DNA from: Chthonomonadales bacterium
GTDB taxonomy: Bacteria > Armatimonadota > Chthonomonadetes > Chthonomonadales > Chthonomonadaceae
Assembly (NCBI GenBank): GCA_038217285.1
Contig: JBBQPO010000211.1
Location: 1 to 10,911 of the forward strand
Direction: 5' to 3'
Length of the DNA: 10,911 nt
In this document: piece after piece, positions 6,511 to 10,911 of the stretch
How positions within the stretch are numbered: the first letter of the stretch is position 1
Layout: the number at the start of each line of letters is the position of its first letter
Translations under genes and position numbers: made by a program
The notes under the pieces: model-generated
Seen by the model: the letters and a program-made list of their open reading frames with translations, nothing else
The model's database searches: none
Told to the model about the DNA's origin: nothing

Positions 6511-7472
6511 CAGCTCCACTCTTCAGGCTGAAGTATCCGATCTGGCAGGCGCCGACAGGCAGCATCGCGGGGCCGGAACTGGCAGGGGCCGTTGCCGAAG
6601 CAGGCGGTATGGGCGCGATGGCCCTCACCTGGTCCTCCCCGGAACAGGCTGCCGCCCAGATCCGGCAGGTTCGAGCCCAGACAGCAGGTCTGTTTCAGGT
6701 CAACTTCGCGCTGGCGTTTCCGCCGCAGGCGCTCCCTGCCGCGCTGGAGGCAGGCGCGCCGGTCGTGACATTCTCCTGGGGCGACCCGACGCGCTATCTG
6801 GCGCAGGTGCGCGCGGCGGGTGCGAAGGTCGGCGTACAGGTCACGAACGTAGAGGGGGCGCGGCGGTTCGCGCAGCTAGGCGTCGATTTCCTGATCTGTC
6901 AGGGTATCGAGGCTGGCGGCCATGTTCAGTCCAATCAGCCCCTCTTCGCGCTGCTGCCCCAGGTAGTCGCTGCCGCCGAGGGCCTTCCTGTCATCGCTGC
7001 GGGCGGCATCGCGGACGGCGCCGGAATCGCCCGCGCGTTGCAGTTCGGGGCCGCAGGAGCCATGCTCGGGACGCGCTTTGTCGCCACCCTGGAGAGCCGC
7101 GCACATCTCGACTACAAGGCCCGTCTCGTCGCGGCGCAGGCCGAAGCGACCGCCCTCACCATCTGCTTCGACGGCGACTGGCCCTACGCCGCGCACCGTG
7201 TGCTGCGCAACGCCACACTGGAACAGTGGGAGGCCGCCGGATCACCGCCCGTCGGTGCACGCCCCGGCGAAGGCGAGATCGTCGGGCACAACGCCGATGG
7301 CGACCCCATTTTACGCTATACCGATACCGCGCCCCGGCAGGGCTTCACCGGCGACACGGCCGCCATGTGCCTCTACGCCGGAACCGGCTGCCCCGCTATC
7401 CACGACATCCCCTCCGCCGCCGATCTCGTTCCCCGACTCTGGCAAGAGACCGAACAGTTCCAACAGGGCTAA
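6507..7472 (+). CDS. Nitronate monooxygenase / 2-nitropropane dioxygenase (FabK-like) family FMN enzyme, 321 aa
   Basis: ATGA overlap with the upstream stop (6507-6510) and AGGAGG at 6494-6499. Motifs: LKYPIWQAP, PELAGAVAEAGGMG, QGIEAGGH (catalytic His), PVIAAGGIADG, GAAGAMLGTRFVATLES, LYAG. Confidence 0.92.
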   Translation: MTAPLFRLKYPIWQAPTGSIAGPELAGAVAEAGGMGAMALTWSSPEQAAAQIRQVRAQTAGLFQVNFALAFPPQALPAALEAGAPVVTFSWGDPTRYLAQVRAAGAKVGVQVTNVEGARRFAQLGVDFLICQGIEAGGHVQSNQPLFALLPQVVAAAEGLPVIAAGGIADGAGIARALQFGAAGAMLGTRFVATLESRAHLDYKARLVAAQAEATALTICFDGDWPYAAHRVLRNATLEQWEAAGSPPVGARPGEGEIVGHNADGDPILRYTDTAPRQGFTGDTAAMCLYAGTGCPAIHDIPSAADLVPRLWQETEQFQQG

Positions 7473-7607
7473 AACAGAAGACAACGCGTTTATAGGAGAG
7501 CACAAAGGTCCGATACCCACGCTGCAAGCCATCCGGCATTCTCCTAGAAATTTCGACGGAAAGTGTCGAACGTACGAGCATCACGTTTACGAGGAATGAA
7601 ACGCTTC

Positions 7608-8438
7608 ATGAATAAACTTTTCGTCACCATAGGTTTGTCCGGACTGCTTCTGGCTGTCGCAAGTACGGGTTTCGCGCAGTCGTTTACGCTGTACAACGGG
7701 GCGTCGAACGTGACGCCCGACGACACAGCCTGGGGCTGGAGCTATCTTTCACAGGGAGGCAGCGCAGTTAAAACGGCGGGCGGCGGCGTTACGACGCTCG
7801 ACTCGACGGCAAGCGACAGCATTTCGGCAGGCTTCTCTACGGTCACGTCGGCGCGCAGTACGCCGTTTGTGCTGGACAATGCCCGTGGCTATACGGTCGG
7901 ATTCGATCTCCAGGTCAATGCGGAGAACCACTCCAACCCAAACGCTGACAAAAACGCGGACGGTCTGGCGGACCGATCAGGCGTCAGCGTGATCGTCCTG
8001 GGCAGCAATAAGCAAGGTCTGGAACTGGCGTTCTGGCAGAACGAGATCTGGCCGCAGCAGGACAATCCTCTTTTTATTCACAATACCGTGACCGAGCGAG
8101 CGCAGGGCGCAAACCTTACCAGTCTGCTGACTCACTACGATCTTCAGGTCCAGGGCAGCAGCTATACCCTGTCCAACGCCGGCGGCGTACTGTTGACCGG
8201 AAACCTGCGCGACTATGCGGGCAACGGGGCGGTGTTCGCGCCCTACACGACCTCGAACTTCCTCTTCCTCGGCGACGATACGACCTCGGCACGGGGCAGC
8301 GTCGGCATCGCCCGCGTAAATGTCACACTGGCGACCCCGGAGCCCGGAGTCTGGGCGCTGCTCGGCAGCGGTCTCATTGGCGGTGGCCTGTTCTGGAAAC
8401 GCCGCTCTCACCGTTCTACTAACAAAAAGGTGCTGTAG
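7608..8438 (+). CDS. Secreted PEP-CTERM sorting-domain surface protein (beta-rich domain, resembling the choice-of-anchor Y type), ~276 aa
   Basis: Signal peptide MNKLFVTIGLSGLLLAVASTGFA-Q and a Ser/Thr/Gly/Asn-rich beta-type body. The C-terminus is TPEPG + TM helix (VWALLGSGLIGGGLFW) + KRR basic tail. GAGGA at 7591-7595 favours ATG 7608; ATG 7596 is the alternative. The choice-of-anchor Y assignment is from recalled motifs (GLELAFW, LRDY, NFLFLGDDTTSA) and is tentative. Confidence 0.88.
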   Translation: MNKLFVTIGLSGLLLAVASTGFAQSFTLYNGASNVTPDDTAWGWSYLSQGGSAVKTAGGGVTTLDSTASDSISAGFSTVTSARSTPFVLDNARGYTVGFDLQVNAENHSNPNADKNADGLADRSGVSVIVLGSNKQGLELAFWQNEIWPQQDNPLFIHNTVTERAQGANLTSLLTHYDLQVQGSSYTLSNAGGVLLTGNLRDYAGNGAVFAPYTTSNFLFLGDDTTSARGSVGIARVNVTLATPEPGVWALLGSGLIGGGLFWKRRSHRSTNKKVL

Positions 8439-8486
8439 AAGGAAAGTGGAACACGTCATCACCCTCCATCGCCATCCGTGATCGGT

Positions 8487-10763
8487 TCAATGGGCGTTTG
8501 TGGCAGGGCCGTTTTCCCCGTGCAGTGTGTAGGTTCCGGCGTGGTCCAGAGAGACCGTGCGGCCGGGTAGTTTCACCAGGGCATGGATACCGGCGGGCAG
8601 GACGAGGGTACAGGCGATGGCGTCTGTACCCTTCTGCACATGCAGGCGAATGCTGCCCCGTGGGGTAGGAACCGTGCCTTCCACCCAGTTCAGATCCCCG
8701 ATTTCCGGTTGAATGACCACGCTTTTGAATCCGCCGTCTGTCGGTTTTACCCCGAGGATGACCTCTGTGAGGTAGGAGGTGGGGCCGCTCGACCAGCCGT
8801 GACAGAGGCTAACGTAGGGCATTCTAGGCAGAGCCCAATTCATGTCTTGTGGGAAGGAGGGATCGAAGACTTCCCACCAGGTCGTCGCGCCTCGCTGGAG
8901 CATTCCGCCCCAGTAACGGCGCAGCAGGTCAATTCCGGCCTGGTACTGCCCTAACTTCCCGTAGGCGCTCAGGACGTAGTTGCCATAGTAAGGCGACATC
9001 GCTTCGGAGCCTGCCAGATCGCCGGCGGCAGACGTATTCCACGCAGGAGCGCCCGCCTGGAGCACCGCGTTGTATATCTGCTTCTGCTGCTCCGGGGTCG
9101 CCACGTCCGCGTAGACCGCCATCGCATTCTCCTGAAGACGGCTGCCATAGGTCTGCGTCTGCGGATCGATGAGCAGGCTGCGAGCGGCCTGCGTGAGCGT
9201 GTCGGCCCAGGCGCGGTACTTGTCGGCATTCGCGGTGTCGTCCAGCGCTTTGAGCAGAAAGACGGCCTGCCGGACGCCGTAGATGGCGAAGAGATCGGTC
9301 GCGGCGAGCGTCTGCGGTGTGTCTTTTATATAGCCGGGAGCCCAGTCGCAGAAGTCCCAGGCGTGATAGGGATTGGAGAAGAGGTTCCTGGCGTCGAACT
9401 CGGTCTGCTGATAGGCGAGCAGCGAGAGGATACTGTCGTGTTGGCTGCGCAGGAACGCCAGATCGCCGTCGTGCCGGTAGAAGTCTGCGAGCGTGCCGAA
9501 CCAGGCGGCGGTATAACCGGGAATATCGTTCACATCCGTGGGCGGCATCTGCGTATCCGGCCGGCCCCGCTGCGCGTTGGCGCGGCCTCCGGCGAGGCTC
9601 TTTTCCATGAGGAAGCGGTCTGCAAAGACGTTGTTGATCGTCTCTCCCGTGACGTGCATGTCGCCGATCCAGAGACCGCGATCCCGCTTCGGCGCGTCCC
9701 ATATATCTTCCTGCATGCACAGATGCGCGGTGTAGGCGCCGGTGTACCATATTCGGGTCAGCAGCGGATCGGAGCAGTCGAACGCTCCTCTGTATTTCAC
9801 CGGGTAGTACTTGAAGTCGCAGACGACTCTGGTGAGAACAACGGGCTGGTCTCCCGGAAAGGTCAGAAGCGTATACCGGAAGGCGGTATAAGGTGTGGTT
9901 TGGCCCTCTCCGCCGTGCAGTGTGAGGGGCCAGGGGCCGCTGTTGTCGATAGCAAGCAGTCGGGCGTCCTTCACGATACGCAGGCAGGCCTCTCGCGACT
10001 CGCCCGTATGGATTTCGACGTTGGCGCCTGCGGTGCCCGCGATTTCGAGGCGTCCGGACAGCTCTTTGCCGAAATCCAGCAGGATCTGTCGGGGAGCGAC
10101 GGCGGAGCCAGCGCCGGATGAACCAATTCGGGCGGCTGCCCGTCGGCTATGCAGCAGACTGTTCAGGTTCTGCACGAACCCGGAGGCGGACATTGATTCC
10201 ACCGCGACCGGTCGCATAACATTGTGCGCCATATACCAGTTGGAGGCGCTCATGTGCGGCCAGTCTGTGACGCCCCGCCCCCAGACGCCCGTACCGATCT
10301 CGCCTTCGTCCGTCGCGTTCTGCCAGGCGGAATCGTCCAGTGAGGTCTCCGTCCAACCAGTTGGCGGAGAGGCCGACAGCAGAGCCTTCCAGCGGCTGTC
10401 GCTGACGACGCTCTGCACTCCATCGACGTCCAACTCCACCAGAATCCCGGCTGCGCCTCCGCCCTTGTTGATTCCCTGCACAGCGAGGACGTTTCTGCCT
10501 GCGTGCAGGTACGGCGCGACGTCGCGCTGGTGCGCGTGCGCCCATCCCTGTTCGACCGGTAGGCTCTCCTCGACCTGACGGCCGTTCACGAACAGCGTGA
10601 ACGCATCGTCGGCGGTGATCCAGACCTGCGCCTTCCGGGGCTTGGCAGGCAGAGTAGATGATCCGACGAATAGATTTTTGCCCATTTCCGGGCAGGCTAT
10701 CGCGGCGGGGGGAGCAGACAGACTACTCCCTCCGAAAGGTGTTACCAACGGTCTGTTTGTCAC
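8487..10763 (-). CDS. GH78 alpha-L-rhamnosidase-like glycoside hydrolase; N-terminus probably truncated or non-native
   Basis: ITADDAFTLFVNG / LHAGRNVLAV N-terminal beta-sandwich, ILLDFGKELSG, YTAFRY, GAFDCSDPLLTRIW..GAYT, DAPKRDRGLWIGD (acid region), DFCDW, GATTWWE (base Glu), SLCHGWSSGPT, GTVPTPRG. Recognisable similarity stops at ~10655 (TLPAKP). The GTG 10763 start has no properly spaced RBS and no signal peptide follows it. Confidence 0.85.
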   Translation of the reverse strand: MTNRPLVTPFGGSSLSAPPAAIACPEMGKNLFVGSSTLPAKPRKAQVWITADDAFTLFVNGRQVEESLPVEQGWAHAHQRDVAPYLHAGRNVLAVQGINKGGGAAGILVELDVDGVQSVVSDSRWKALLSASPPTGWTETSLDDSAWQNATDEGEIGTGVWGRGVTDWPHMSASNWYMAHNVMRPVAVESMSASGFVQNLNSLLHSRRAAARIGSSGAGSAVAPRQILLDFGKELSGRLEIAGTAGANVEIHTGESREACLRIVKDARLLAIDNSGPWPLTLHGGEGQTTPYTAFRYTLLTFPGDQPVVLTRVVCDFKYYPVKYRGAFDCSDPLLTRIWYTGAYTAHLCMQEDIWDAPKRDRGLWIGDMHVTGETINNVFADRFLMEKSLAGGRANAQRGRPDTQMPPTDVNDIPGYTAAWFGTLADFYRHDGDLAFLRSQHDSILSLLAYQQTEFDARNLFSNPYHAWDFCDWAPGYIKDTPQTLAATDLFAIYGVRQAVFLLKALDDTANADKYRAWADTLTQAARSLLIDPQTQTYGSRLQENAMAVYADVATPEQQKQIYNAVLQAGAPAWNTSAAGDLAGSEAMSPYYGNYVLSAYGKLGQYQAGIDLLRRYWGGMLQRGATTWWEVFDPSFPQDMNWALPRMPYVSLCHGWSSGPTSYLTEVILGVKPTDGGFKSVVIQPEIGDLNWVEGTVPTPRGSIRLHVQKGTDAIACTLVLPAGIHALVKLPGRTVSLDHAGTYTLHGENGPATNAH

Positions 10764-10792
10764 TTCCTTAAACGAGGGGCAGCTACGTCAGT

Positions 10793-10911
10793 GGATCGCT
10801 CACACTCCAGAACAACGGCGGCGACGATCTCCCGTTCAACATGAACGGCACGTTCACGTTCCCCACGAAGGTCGCGAGTGGCGAAGCCTATCTGGTCGGG
10901 ATCAAGTCGGG
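10793..10911 (+). other. Orphan coding fragment of a surface-protein beta repeat (LQNNGGDDL type), running off the window
   Basis: Frame 2 reads GSLTLQNNGGDDLPFNMNGTFTFPTKVASGEAYLVGIKS. This matches a repeat I recognise from large bacterial surface/lipoproteins (LxLQNNGGDDLxxxxNGxFTF...SGxxYxV). An in-frame TAA at 10769-10771 precedes it, with no start codon between the stop and the motif. Confidence 0.6.

Noticed and set aside
7500..7540. Superficial resemblance to a c-di-GMP-I riboswitch (GCAC...ACGC..CAAGCC.TCCGGC)
   Set aside because: It lacks the GGCAAAC / GNRA-capped P2 / GCAAA architecture.
93..7599. Alternative-frame ORFs such as 93..629, 1656..2321, 5769..6317 and 7078..7599
   Set aside because: They are low-complexity R/S/P/G-rich translations overlapping well-supported genes.
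3167..7607. Longest-ORF starts at 3167, 4409, 6465 and 7563
   Set aside because: RBS position, signal peptides and the ATGA overlap favour 3203, 4424, 6507 and 7608 (or 7596).
8583..10578. Several 100-270 aa ORFs overlapping the GH78 gene on both strands
   Set aside because: They are Arg/Ser/Pro-rich or antisense alternative frames typical of high-GC DNA. The GH78 frame carries all the family motifs.
10658..10771. 37-aa + strand ORF (MIRRIDFCPF...SLP*) in frame with the LQNNGGDDL fragment, suggesting stop read-through
   Set aside because: It has no RBS and is not protein-like, and TAA is not a recoded stop. A junction explains the arrangement more simply.
1..10911. CRISPR array, rRNA, intact tRNA, transposase/integrase or defence genes
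   Set aside because: No regularly spaced direct repeats, complete cloverleaf, or relevant protein motifs were seen on either strand.

Overview
A GC-rich bacterial chromosomal segment with eight co-oriented + strand genes and one convergent - strand gene. The PEP-CTERM protein and gene content would fit a diderm lineage such as Armatimonadota, but that is inference only. On the + strand: the 3' part of a membrane polyferredoxin (NapH/MauN-like plus NapG/MauM-like domains), a canonical aldo/keto reductase, a 121-aa hypothetical protein, a Tat-signal AKR-fold protein with an altered catalytic tetrad, a CE4/NodB-fold deacetylase-like protein with altered metal motifs, a shortened PTS Enzyme I homologue, a translationally coupled nitronate monooxygenase-family flavoprotein, and a PEP-CTERM surface protein. 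The Enzyme I homologue lacks its phospho-His, its HPr-binding domain and its PEP-binding residues. On the - strand is a GH78 alpha-L-rhamnosidase-like gene. Two copies of a REP-like palindrome and one clear intrinsic terminator are present. No CRISPR array, rRNA, intact tRNA or transposase is visible. The most interesting signals are three consecutive intact ORFs that look like pseudoenzymes (especially the pseudo-Enzyme I) and a possible extracytoplasmic redox module. The last ~250 bp look discontinuous: the GH78 N-terminus is lost and an orphan fragment of an unrelated surface-protein repeat appears, which may be an assembly chimera. All family assignments come from motif recognition by eye; no database search was run.
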